Translations under genes and position numbers: made by a program
Assembly (NCBI RefSeq): GCF_001194135.2
Contig: NC_069001.1
Coordinates: forward strand, 20,809,748-20,860,985
Reading direction: 5' to 3'
Length of the DNA stretch: 51,238 bases
Source of the DNA: Octopus bimaculoides
Lineage: Eukaryota
In this document: positions 35,904 to 47,514 of the stretch, piece after piece
Numbering within the stretch: the stretch's first letter is position 1
How the letters are laid out: every line of letters starts with the position of its first letter
The notes under the pieces: model-generated
Seen by the model: the letters and a program-made list of their open reading frames with translations, nothing else
Database searches by the model: none
Told to the model about the DNA's origin: nothing

Positions 35904-36254
35904 GTTCTTCTGGAAGTAAGGATAACCCTTACCCAGCTGGTTTTGTTGTTCCACCTGGTGGTCAGCCTAGCTTCCCTCCACAACCATACGGACAATCAGG
36001 CTATCCATCTCAGGCCTCCCAACCAGGTTACCCTCCACAGCCTTCACAACCAGGCTACCCGGCACAGCCCTCCCAACCAAGCTACCCAGCACAGCCCTCC
36101 CAACCAAGCTACCCAGCACAGCCCTCCCAACCAGGCTACCCAGCACAGCCCTCCCAACCAGGCTACCCAGCACAGCCTTCACAACCAGGCTACCCAGCAC
36201 AGCCTTCACAACCAGGTTACCCAGCACAGTCTTCACAACAAGGCTACCCAGGAG
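35904..36254 (+). CDS. ANXA7: Annexin A7/A11-like gene, N-terminal Pro/Gly/Tyr/Gln-rich coding exon (351 nt, phase 1-1)
   Basis: Acceptor tttcttattttag|G, donor GAG|gtaaga. Open frame xSSGSKDNPYPAGFVVPPGGQPSFPPQPYGQS(GYPAQPSQP-type x9)GYPG, missed by the ORF track in this frame. GYP-rich tails are typical of ANXA7/ANXA11, and the exon splices in frame to the downstream annexin exons. The symbol means A7/A11-like; orthology is untested. Confidence 0.88.
35999..36241 (+). repeat. Coding minisatellite, 9 x 27 bp, (G/S)YP(A/S/P)QPSQP
   Basis: Units start at 35999, 36026, 36053, 36080, 36107, 36134, 36161, 36188 and 36215. Consensus ggctacccagcacagccctcccaacca. Confidence 0.95.
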
Positions 36255-37167
36255 GTAAGATTTTTATGTATTGATTTCTTTTTATCTATTTTTGTAAGAG
36301 AGACACAAAGAGAGAAAGTGTAAGGAAGATATAGTGGATATTCAATTAAATTAAGTCTATTATATTACTGTTAAACCATCAACTTTTGAATGAATGTAAA
36401 GTCACCGCAGAGAATTTGAAATGAGAATAAAGTAATAGATATTTACACTCAATAGATATTTTTTTTTAGAAAGCATTAAGTAATTTACAGCTGGGAAGAT
36501 GTGCAATTGATTGTGTTGATCCCATTGTCTTAGAAGTTTTAATTCCATCAACCCTTGTAAGGATTACACTGACTAAATTCAGAACATGAAATGGTAATGA
36601 AGCTTGAAACTGAGATATTTACATCACTCCACCATTGTTTCACTGCCCTTTAGCATTTAAGATATCTACTGGAATTATGAAACCTTATAGATATTTGTCA
36701 TAGAAATAAGTGAAATGTATGCTACCAGTAGAAGTAGAGACTAAACCACAGTGACTAGTTAAAGAGAATGAAGATGAAAGGCAAGCAAAGCAAGAAATAA
36801 AGATGTAGCCAACAGAAGAGAGGATAACCATAAGACACTTCGTGACAGGGAAGGAGAAGAAAGGTAGTTTACAGACAACTAAAAGAGGGTTAGTTGATGT
36901 GTATATGGAAGGGAAAATACTATGTTGTTGAGAGGAATTAGTAGTAGACAACTATATATTGCCTTTAGCTTGAATATCTTTTCATTTTTTTTGCCTAACT
37001 TCAGGTTTCTTTCACTGCTAAGTTTGTTATTATTCTGTAATCTGTCATTTGCAACCTTTCATTAGTTTTTGCTGTTGTATTTAAGGAAGTATTTGAAGTT
37101 TGTTTGGAATCTTTTAGAAATCAAACATAGCAGAGGACAAAACTATTTATTGAACAAAGAATATAAT

Positions 37168-37315
37168 CATTATTTACATTATTTACATTTGACAGATATT
37201 TGTCCTCATCTTGTTTGTTGTTAACGCAACGTTTCAGCTGATATACCTTCCAGCCTTCATCAGGTGTCTTGGGGAAATTTCGAACCTGGGTTCTCATCCC
37301 TAAGGTATTTTTCGA

Positions 37316-37350
<35 letters not shown>

Positions 37351-37587
37351 TCACTGCCGGGAATTGAACTCAGAATCTTGGGGTCAGTAGTCTGCACTCT
37401 TAACCACTATGCCATTCCCTTAGGAATGAGAACCCAGGTTCAAGATTTCCCCAAGACACCTGATGAAGGCTGGAGGGTATATCAGCCGAAACGTTGTGTT
37501 AACAAACAAGATGAGGACTAATATCTGTCAAATGTAAATAATGTAAATAATGTACATAATTCCTCATCTCTAGAATATGGAACTGAA
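37168..37587. mobile_element. Fold-back PLE terminal module, second copy
   Basis: Minus module 37168-37417 and plus partial copy from ~37418. Arms 37168-37305 and 37418-37552 are reverse complements. Confidence 0.87.
37455..37500 (+). ncRNA. Minimal hammerhead ribozyme (PLE-type, family 1), best-preserved copy
   Basis: GACAC-CTGATGA-A-GGCTG(gagggtatat)CAGCC-GAAA-C-G-T-T/GTGTT. Stem I GACAC:GUGUU, stem II 5 bp, loop-less palindromic stem III (AACGUU), GUU triplet ending at 37495. Confidence 0.72.
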
Positions 37588-38064
37588 GAATATAATACTT
37601 TATGGAATCATAACAATCATTTGAAGATTAATTGAAAAGTATTGTAACATTTAATTTCAACAAAATCTATCAAAATATTTACAAACTTAGTATTTGTAAA
37701 AAAAATGTATAAAATATATTGCTTAAATATTTTATATTACCTCATAATTAAAATTTAATCTCTGTGTTGTTTATACAACAAAATTTAATAAATATTCTGT
37801 GTTGAATAAAACTGTTCTTTGCCCAATCTCTACAGAAAAGGTAGTAAACCATAACTTGAATTTATATATTTAATAAAATGAAATATATATGTTGGGTATG
37901 AATTAATGTAAATATGTTGCTAGTTTCCTACAAACTTAATTAGTTGCATTCTATTTTTACACACATTTGAGGCTTATTTAAAGTTGGTTTAATATGATAT
38001 ACATAGTATTTTAGATCAATCAGTTATCAAACTGTCAATTATGTTTGTTTTAACACATCTTTAA

Positions 38065-38283
38065 CCCCTTAGTGTTCACATTATTCTGCCAAAAGTAATT
38101 ATTTATTCACATGTTTGGAATTAATCTTGCATTATCTTGAAGCTTTGAGATTTTGATGAGATAACTGTTAATTTTGAGAATGTAGAGTTGGTGTGAAAGG
38201 TGTGAAAGGCTGGATATGACCAGTTTGAACATAAAACAAGTAGAATATTTGGGCCAGATATGGCCTGTTTAAATGCTAAAGGA
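38065..38283 (-). mobile_element. piggyBac-type MITE, copy 2
   Basis: TTAA|CCCCTTAG left end. Reverse complement is colinear with 6672-6885. Confidence 0.72.
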
Positions 38284-38355
38284 CTAAGCACTGAAGTATG
38301 AAGTAAAAATTTCTAATGAAGCTGTAAGGTAATTCAAAACTATAACATTGGAAAA

Positions 38356-38739
38356 ACTAGAAAAGCACTTGCAGAGTGCAGACCTCTGCCAAGCAGCTCA
38401 TTTTTAGATACATGAGTAAAATTACTAATAGAGAAACGAAAATAAACTTTGGAAACAGCAACACCACCATAAGTTACGTGGAAACGATGAATGTGTTTTC
38501 AAGGGAGATAATTGAAGACCATAACATTGTAATACTTCATGTAAAGTAAATATAACAAATGAAAAATCCTTCAAGAACCCATAAAAATTCCCGAATCATT
38601 ACCAAAATTTCATCATCTGTTCCTTGTGTCATTATCAACTTTTCCTGCAAATCTCATCAAGTATCGTTTGCAACTTTTTGAGTTATTTTGCACACAGACA
38701 AACAGACAAACAAACCAACGCCAATGGCGGAGGTAATAA
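38356..38739 (+). mobile_element. Candidate non-autonomous Helentron (HINE/DINE-like)
   Basis: 5' actagaaaagcac...acctctgccaag and 3' tggcggaggtaa form a subterminal inverted repeat. (GACAAACA)-type microsatellite and a short 3' hairpin cgcca-a-tggcg are present. Confidence 0.5.
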
Positions 38740-39031
38740 GACATTTTCATTTTCTAATTACAGTAATGTAGTGCCTGACATCAGTAAAACTACTGCTGTT
38801 CTTTGCTGCTTTGCTTCAAATCTTAACTGGCATTGATCAAATACATACCAGCAGTATACTCCATATCATCCTATCAGTTTTATCCCAGCTCCTTAAAAAA
38901 TAATTAAGCTAAGTGTCTTGGCAAGAGTTAGGCACAGTGAAAGTAAATGCAGGTCCTCTGTGTCTAAAGTAAAGCACTCAAAACCCTTATATTTTTACTA
39001 TTCATGAACAACATTACACTTTCTACATATA

Positions 39032-39250
39032 AACTTTAGCATTTAAACCAGCCATATCCAGCCCAAATGTTCTTCTTGTTGAATGTTCAATCCAGCCAGA
39101 ACTGGCTTATCACACCTACCCTACAATGTTATTCTAAAAATAACAATCGCACTATCAAAATCTCAAAGCTACAAGATAATACTTGATTCATTTAAAACGA
39201 TGTAAATCAATAAATATTACACTTGACAGAAAAATCTGAAAGCTAAAGAG
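39032..39250 (+). mobile_element. piggyBac-type MITE, copy 3
   Basis: Colinear with 6672-6885 (ctttagcatttaaaccagccatatcc...ctgaaagctaaagag). Confidence 0.7.
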
Positions 39251-39479
39251 TTATACTAGAATACAGCTTACCTTTAAGGCATAGCGCATACATGCATACA
39301 CATTCATACAAACTCGTACACACATTCACACTCTCACACACATGGACCAAATTTCCATTTATTGTATAAAAATCATCTGCTATGACCAATTTTATTGTAA
39401 ATAATAAATTAAGTCTTTAAAAATTTTAGTGTAATACAAGTGTAACTTTCATTATTTTCTGTCTATTTTGGCATTTCAG

Positions 39480-39502
39480 GTCCAGTTCCTGGTGCAAACA
39501 CA
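39480..39502 (+). CDS. ANXA7: Annexin gene microexon (23 nt, phase 1-0), GPVPGANT
   Basis: Acceptor attattttctgtctattttggcatttcag|G and consensus donor ACA|gtaagt. It supplies exactly the phase 1 to 0 change needed to join 36254 to 45197. Confidence 0.8.
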
Positions 39503-40089
39503 GTAAGTTTTATTAATGTTTCATTTTTGGTTGATATATATTTATGGACAACTACAGCTAGCTAAATTAATGATATCAAATAGCTGAGTACAAGATTTCA
39601 TCATCATTTTAATATCCATTGTTACATGCTCACAATTCATTGAGGCAGATTTTTTACAATTGGATACCCTTCCTGTCACCAAACCTCACTTGTTTCCAAT
39701 TAAGGTAATGTTTCCTGAAGGCCAGACAAGTTTTTCATAGAAGACTGGAAACAAATGAAGTATGTTCACAACTATCATGCAATGTCATAACAAGGGGACA
39801 CTCCCACACATACATACATAATGCATGCATGCATGCACAGTATGTCTAGCTATAAGGAAATGTTACCTTACTTGGAAACAGAGTTGGTAATAGGAAAAGT
39901 ATCTGGCTCCACCTCAGCAAATTCCATCTGACCCATGCAAGCATGGAAAAGGAGACATTAAATGTAGAGGCTGCTGTTGCTGCTGCTGATGATGATGATA
40001 CATGCATACATATATACATTCATACATATGTACATTTAGATCTGCAAAGCAGTACATGGCCACATGTTTCACACTTCCAGCATCTTATG

Positions 40090-41870
40090 TTCTCATTGAG
40101 ATCCTAATGACAGTCCTGTTGAAGCCTTCAGTATAGGCTTTCGTGCTCAAGGTGATTCTATTCGCCTTATACACTTCCTCCTCTCAGCTCTTTACAAAGC
40201 CAGTTCTTCCCAGTTCTTTACATTCATCTGCAGTTTTTTTCAGATTGCCTTTTAGGCAGTCTTGTCCAGCTCTTGGTAATTGGGTTAAATACTGCATCTA
40301 GCCTTTAGCAGTTCAACAGGAAAACCATCTCAGCCAGTATCTATCTGTTTGAGATAGAGACTATCATCATAAAATGGCAGTTGATCCATTGCAAATATTA
40401 TATCACATTGGGGAAAACTCTCTTTAATGTTATCATTGACTATTGTTGGTTGTCAAATAATTCAGTGAAGCATTCTTGCCAGTGCTGCAGGATTTTTACT
40501 GGTTCTCTGATGATAGTATTGTTGACCTTGATCTTCAGAGGAACTACAATAGAAGTTGGTGGACTGAACACTTTGTGTAGAAGATCATAAAGCAGCTTCA
40601 AATCGTTTGCATCACAGGTTTTTTAAATCTCTGAAGTGACCTTTAACCATCACTCATTCTTACTTCTTAGTTCCCATTGTAGCATTGCTCTGTATTCCTT
40701 AAAAGTTTTCTCCATAATAGTCTGTACTGAAGGGCACTGGCTTAGAATCTTTTCATGAAGAGCTTGTTCCATTTTCAATTGCTGGCTGATATTAGTATCA
40801 TTATTATCAAACCAGTCCTTATGTTTTTTCATTCTAAAACCAAGTACAGTGATTCCTAAGTACATTTGAATTTTTTAATTCTCCAATGTTTCATCAGTCA
40901 AGACTATCAAGTTGTTTGCTTAAGGTCTCGTGTACATCTGGCAGTTTCAGTTTTGTAACATCAATCTGATTTGGCATCTTCACCCAACTCATGAATCTTT
41001 TTACAGATTCATATTTTAAATTTTCATTGCACCATCCTGTGATCTGTGCTGCATTCTGTGCTTTGCATCACACATGTTACATATATCTCTAAGATCATAT
41101 TTATAGATGACAATAAAATCAATCATCTGCCTCTTCTTAGATCTTGGGTGAGTTCATGTGCTTGAACTTTTGATGAAAGAATGTGTTGCAGATGATGAAG
41201 TTGAGTTCTGAATTAAGTTCAAGTAGCTTCAAACCATTAGCATTCACTTTACTGATGCCATGGTGACCAAGTACATCCCATGCCTCAAAGTCTTTACCAA
41301 CTCATGTATTGAAATCACCAAGAATGATCAGTTTTTCATCAACCAGTGTAAATGTAGTTTCAGTACAAAGATTTTCCTACAAAGTCATGATAGCTTCTTC
41401 ATTAGCTTGGAGAGTTGAAGCATAAATTGACAAGAATGTCACATAACATCTGCATGAAAGAAAGAAGTGAAGCTTCATTATGCAATCAGTTATACTATGT
41501 GGACACTCCAGACATTCTACAAAATTGTTCTGATCACGAAACCAACACCAGCTTCTTGTCATTCACCTTGCCAACTCAGAGCAGTTTGTAGCCTGATGAT
41601 ACTTCTTTTGAGGTGATCTTTTGAGAGATGTGTTTCAGGTGAAGTAAGAGCTTCTGATGAGTGAAGTAGCACCATGTCATCTGGATGTATCAACCGATCG
41701 CTCCTAAACCCACCATTTGTGATACCCATAACACATATCAATGCAGTTCCTAAAAACTGCAAAAAGGAGAGGTGACAAGTATCTCGGGGTGTATGCTTGA
41801 GTGATGGGAAACATAAAAGGAGAAGCTGGTACAAAAAATGCCAAGCTTGTTATCTTCAATTTGGTTTCCA
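40090..41870 (-). mobile_element. RTE/BovB-like LINE remnant: APE, linker and 3' end; RT core apparently deleted
   Basis: ICNTFFHQK...MIDFIV...STDHRMV (APE), LGFRMKKHKDWFDNND and DANDLKLLYDLLHKVFSP, then directly DCLKGNLKK...NWEELA (3' end). Confidence 0.8.
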
Positions 41871-41899
41871 AGACTATCCACACCTATGATCATGAATAT

Positions 41900-42300
41900 T
41901 AGGTAATAACCAAAAGAGTATAATTACAAATACAAGTGGCCAAAATGGGGTTCCTTGAAAGGATCACTGGAGTAACATTACACAGCAGAGAGTGTAGCTT
42001 GAAGATCAGGGAGTCTCTTCAGATTGAACCACTTTGTCTCTGAATGATCATAGCTCTGGTGCTACAGACATGATTAGAATTCCACAGGAAAGAATCACAA
42101 GATGGATTCTACAAGCTGAGCCATGTGGCAGGAGGCCTATTGAGGAAACCGGAAGTGAGATGCTTGGATAGTATCCATAGTCTCACCTGGACATACTTGG
42201 GAATCCAGCTGGAAATCTAATGATAGTTGCTTCTGATAGGACCCTATAGAGGAGGTATCTGAGGAATCAACCCCCATGACCCTGTCAGGAATAGTGGGTG
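41900..42300 (+). mobile_element. Expander/RTE-type LINE 3' fragment
   Basis: QVAKMGFLERITGVTLHSRECSLKIRESLQIEPL...IRIPQERITRWILQAEPCGRRP matches an RTE 3' ORF end. A second copy lies at 48585-48955 on the minus strand. Confidence 0.72.
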
Positions 42301-42337
42301 AAGAGGATGGATGCATACACACACACACGTCAATATA

Positions 42338-43193
42338 CAGGGTGCAATGGGTAAATTGTTGCCATTTTGTATTTTTAATTTCGCACAAGCACATTGTTCT
42401 TGATTTTGTTGGCTACACAAGTAAGTAGGGTCAGTTGGGCACCGTCTGTGAGAAAAATAGCACCATGATGCAATTCACTCTGCCAGAAATTTGGAAATGA
42501 CATGCTGTTCTGCTTGGCATACATGTTAGAAGCTCAAATACGAACATTTCAGAGTGTTTGGGTATCAGTCTGAGGACATGTACCGAGAGTGGTAAAAATC
42601 AAACATCCAGTCAACATTATGATGTTTGGAGTAATCACTAGTGTTGGCGGTGTTATGCCTCCATTCATCTTCCCAAACAGCCTCAGATGGCGGCCTACAT
42701 CAAGTGCCTTGAGGAGGTAGTGCTGCCTTGGGTCAAGAGGGTGGCTGCTGTAAGACCCGATGTCTGGCAACAAGACTGCACCATGCCACACAAGCAGAAG
42801 AACCTAGTCATGTCTGTCAGACAATTTCTACACCTAACCCCTAACATCTGGCCACCTAACTCCCTGGACTGCAAACCCCTTGATTATTATGTATGGGGTG
42901 CAGTTGAGCGAGAGACCAACAAAACTCCTTGTAACACCAAAGATGAGCTGCAGGCAAGGATTGTGGCAGCATTCGCCAACTTAAACAAGGAGACTGTATA
43001 GAAGAGTTGCAGGAGATTGCAAAGTCGTTTGGAGGCTGTGGTTGAAGCAAATAGCGATTTTATTGAATAAATTTACTCTTTAGTATTTCAAGATATTTTT
43101 ATGTAATTTTGGTAAATATATCTGTTAGAATGAGATGTTAGTGTTAATTTCATTTTTGTGTAATTTAGATGACAGTTTATTCATCACACCCTG
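42338..43193 (+). mobile_element. Tc1/mariner (DD37D, maT-like) element, internally deleted, 856 bp
   Basis: TA|CAGGGTGCAATGG...CATCACACCCTG|TA. IMMFGVITSVG, VWQQDC..H and WPPNSLDCKPLDYYVWGAVE motifs. Confidence 0.9.
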
Positions 43194-43199
43194 TATATA

Positions 43200-43253
<54 letters not shown>

Positions 43254-43296
43254 TAGATGTTTGTGTATATATAATAAATATATATATGTATATATA

Positions 43297-43333
<37 letters not shown>

Positions 43334-43865
43334 GGGTACAGGACATTACCAACTGTGTAAACAACATGAAATGCATAAACAATGAGAGAAAAAATGGAAA
43401 ACAGGGCAAGTAAACACAGATAAATGACCTTTCATCAGTTTTCGGCTGTCTAGCATTGAATGACAATATGAGTCTTCAAAGACAGTTGCTCCTATAAATT
43501 CTAAAATAAAATTTAGAATTTATGGAGGGTCAAAGTTGGGAACAGAAACAGGACAGTGGAGACATACAAGGAAACTGAACAAAAACAAACACAGAGGGTT
43601 GTTAGACCAGAATTAGAGGAAAATAGTGAATGCTGGGAGAAATATTTTCTTTGAAAAGATAAAAGAGAGAAGAGAGAGAAACAAAAACGCCCAGTCATTT
43701 GAACGTCCATGCAGGAAAAGAAAGATGGTCACATGAGGAAAGGAAAGATGGATGATGGTCATGTGTGAGCAATGAGAGAGAGAAAAAGAGAAAGAGGGTG
43801 AGAGAGAGAGATAGATAGAAAACGATGAAAGCGGGAGGGAGAGAATAAAGGAATTAGAGAAGGAT

Positions 43866-43908
<43 letters not shown>

Positions 43909-44790
43909 GGCAGGAGGAGGGGATACAGTACTATAGATCCATAACTGCCAATCTTACCAATTGGTTTCATACTGGGCATTAAAACCACTTGTCAGATAAC
44001 AGCATAGTTAAGTAATACCATGTGCTCTTCAGAGATAGCAGGTGTGGAATGTTTTCACAATTGTTGTATATTAACAAGTGTTTTAGTGAAAAATAATATA
44101 TTTACTTATAAACAACCAAATTTACTTTTCATGGACTAAAAGTTTTGTAAACTAATTTAACCACTTCCAAAATAGGTAGTTTCAAATGGTTGAAGGAGTT
44201 GTATTCAATAAATCAAATTCAAATGAGTTTACAACAGAATTGTGTCACTGATTAAAAGTTTTATAAATCTGTCTATTTATATTACCGTTCTCATTCTTTT
44301 GGTCTCTTCATCTTTATCTTTTCCTTTCATCACTGAGAGTGAAATATTCATGGCTTTTCTCTTTGTAATTGTGTGCAAGGTTAAAATAAGCTTTGATCAA
44401 GGCTGAAACACAAACTTTATTTTTCTTTATGTTGCTTATATATGAATTCAGTGAATAAATTGAATAATTTCACTAGCTTTTTTTGTTTTTTGTTTTTTTC
44501 ATCTTGATTTGCTATATAAGATATTCAAAATCATCTCAATCTGAGGATAATGTATGATGGATGGACAAACAGAAAGTTTGACAAAAAAATATGGGTCTTA
44601 CTGCGATATAGATTTGTTTCTCACTTTTGCTACTCAGTCCACTGATATTAGCAAACATTGCTCTTCCTCTCACAACTGGTTCTGCTTAAAGCATTAGATT
44701 TATCTTCTTCACTGCATAAAAGTCATTCCACTCTTTGAATGGAACTATATTATTATATTTGTTTTGTGAATGTGATATATTACTAATAAG

Positions 44791-45060
44791 TGAAGGTGCA
44801 TGGCTTAATAGTTAGAGTATTTGGTTTACAATCATAAGGTCATGAGTTCAATTCTCAATGGCATATTTCATGTTGCCCCAGTTCACTCAGCTGGAAAAAT
44901 GTGTACTACCTGTATTTGAAAGGTCCAACCTTGTCACATTCTGTGTCATGCTGAATTTTCCTGTACACGTGTCTGTGGAGTGCTCAGCCTCTTGCACGAG
45001 CAGACTGTTCTGTTGATCAGATCAACTGGAACTCTCATCATTGTAAGAGATGGAGTGCCA
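44791..45060 (+). mobile_element. tRNA-SINE family B, diverged
   Basis: A box tggcttaatagttaga, B box gagttcaattc. The body cacgtgtctgtggagtgctcagc...gatcaactggaac is shared with 49236-49565. Confidence 0.75.
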
Positions 45061-45196
45061 TATTACTGATACTTTATCTATATTTTTTTTTTATTATCCA
45101 TTCTGCATCATCCTTCATATTTAAAATTTTCTCAATGAATTATCTATTTTTTGTCAAATGATCTGCTGTTACAGTCTAGTCTCATTTACTTTGTAG

Positions 45197-45335
45197 CCAA
45201 AACCTGTGACTGATGATATGAGGAAAATGGCGATGTATGGAGGTCACCAAGTATTCCGCCCAACAGTGGTACCAGCCAACCCTTTTTCTGCAGAGGAAGA
45301 TGCTAAAGTGTTGCGAAAGGCTATGAAAGGATTTG
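45197..45335 (+). CDS. ANXA7: Annexin gene exon (139 nt, phase 0-1): end of N-terminal tail and start of annexin repeat 1
   Basis: ctcatttactttgtag|CCA...TTTG|gtgtgt. Translates to PKPVTDDMRKMAMYGGHQVFRPTVVPANPFSAEEDAKVLRKAMKGF(G), matching the annexin PT(V/I)xPxxxF...DAxxLRKAMKGxG signature. Confidence 0.95.
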
Positions 45336-47231
45336 GTGTGTAGAACCCAGAAATTTTTAACACTATTTACTTCATTAATACTTTTAATTTGCTAGAACCA
45401 TCTGTAATAACACTTCATGCTTTTAATCCAATGTAGTTCTGACAGATTCAACTGCTTTCTGCAGCTGAAAGATCTTCAGTAGCTGGGATTTGAGAAGTTG
45501 CTTGGGGTTCAAATTATCAATGATTCATTAGATGCCAAAAGTCTCAAAAGTTCTGCAAGAGCAAAGACTCAGTGAATGGTACGACAACTGTCGCAAGGTT
45601 AATGATTCTAAGTGGCTTGTCAGACTCTCAGAAACTTCTTGAATTTATTGTTGTATGATATCCAACATCTATGGAATGCCTTGTGATCTGTCATTAGCTA
45701 TGAGAATGTGAGCAGTAGTTTTAACAATTGTTATAAGTTCCATTTTTGTTAGAAACTCTGCAATGAAATCAAAACACCAGACCACATGGTTATGTATCAA
45801 TATGTAAAAAAACAGAGAATCCAAGAAACTGGTGTCAGCAAATGTTATACAATAAAGTTCATGAGTTTGTATGAATTTTCATGTTGTTAGGAGAAAAAAG
45901 ATCTAACATTTCAGGTATAACTATCCATATGTGAAGGAAGATTTTTCAGTTAAAGAGTTTAGATAGTACTGAGGACATGTAAGAACAGAGTGACAATGAG
46001 CAGACAGGCATAAACGTGTTAAGGAGTTTCATAAGTTAACTTTTTGTAAGTTTGGCATGTTTCGTGGGAAATAGGGAATATAATTGTATGGGTGTAACAA
46101 GAGGTACAAATGACAAAATTTTGTATGTGTATCCCTTTCTCCACACACCCCTTCACATATTGGGGCACTATCTTGAAGAGTCTAATCAAACAAATCAACC
46201 CCAGTACTTCTTTTTTAAAGTTTAGTACTTATTTTATTGATCTTTTTTGTAAACCACTAAGTTATGGGGGCATAAACAGGCCAACACCAGATGTCAGGTG
46301 GTGTGGGAGGACAAATATAAACACATTCATACATATGATGATAATAACCATAATAATGTTGGTATATGTAGTTCATCACAATGTGTCAAAGTTTAGGTAT
46401 AATAGCTATTATCCCTAAACTGTGACACCTAGACACAAATCCAACACAACTCACTACCATTCAAATACTATCTATCCTACATCTCCTATTCATCTCCCAA
46501 TTCTCTACCTCTATTGCCACCTCCCTTCATACCCACAATATTAACCACTCACTCTTCCTGAACTATTTTTTCTCCTCTCACCATTCCCTTTCTTAATATT
46601 TCTCATAACCCCACCGACATTCCTAACTCCCCTCTCTAATACAGCTAGCTCTCCAAATTTAATCATACCATCTTTGAAATTCTCTGCATTAACATCTGAA
46701 ATGTAAGATCTTCTCTACCCTGATGATAAAGACTCATCTTATCCAATACTGATTGTATCCATTATGGCCACATATTGTGATGAACCACATCTACCAACAT
46801 AATTATGGATCTCTGAGCCCCCAGAAACAGCTGTTGGACTTATACCACCTTTCTTCCACCCCTTTAATTTTCTTTGTCATTTGTACTCTGTGTAAGTTGG
46901 ACCTATTAATGTAAATATCTATATATTTATGCTTAAAAATGCATCATCTGAAAGTTTCCACCTTTTGCTGTCTCTCATTTTGTGTGTATATACATACTTT
47001 GTATTTTGTACCCAAACCATTTTTAATATTAATATTTTTAATGTATCTAATTTGTTTATGTACATGATTGCCTCTATATCTGCTCAACTCAATCCCTCTT
47101 ATAACCTTTCTTTTCTTTGTGGAATCAATCTCCTGTAAAGAGTCTAAGTTTGAATCTTTTGAGCACTATTAAGTGTCTTCTATGCTGAGAATCTCTAGAT
47201 CTTATCTGTGGACTATATATATATATGTGTG

Positions 47232-47356
47232 TTTGTGTGTATGACAGACTTCCACACAGTTTTCATCACTTGCCCAAGGTGTTTTGTTGTTGGGGAACTG
47301 AACTTGAAACCATGTTGTTGCAAAGCTACCTTCTCAACCACACAGCCATGCCTGTA
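47232..47356 (-). mobile_element. tRNA-SINE family A head fragment
   Basis: Reverse strand ggcatggctgtgtggttgagaagg...catggtttcaagttcagttcc...caccttgggcaagtg. Confidence 0.7.
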
Positions 47357-47514
47357 TATGCATGCACGCACACATACACAATCAAACTGAAAAGGTTTTT
47401 GAATTAGAGTTGCCAAGATAATCATCTTGATGACAATGTTACTGAAGATTGTGATGTTACTGATGATAATGTTGTTATTTATGAGATTACACATGATATT
47501 ATTCTTTATTTCAG

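Noticed and set aside
35943-36323. ORF-track proteins HSPPNQATQ (+) and VGRAVLGSL (-)
   Set aside because: These are alternative frames of the 27-bp repeat. Only the GYPAQPSQP frame fits the splice phases and annexin biology.
47427-47514. Hydrophobic in-frame extension (MLLKIVMLLMIMLLF...) upstream of the GTDE exon as a signal peptide
   Set aside because: It arises from GAT/GTT-rich low-complexity intron sequence in front of a canonical acceptor at the conserved annexin intron position.
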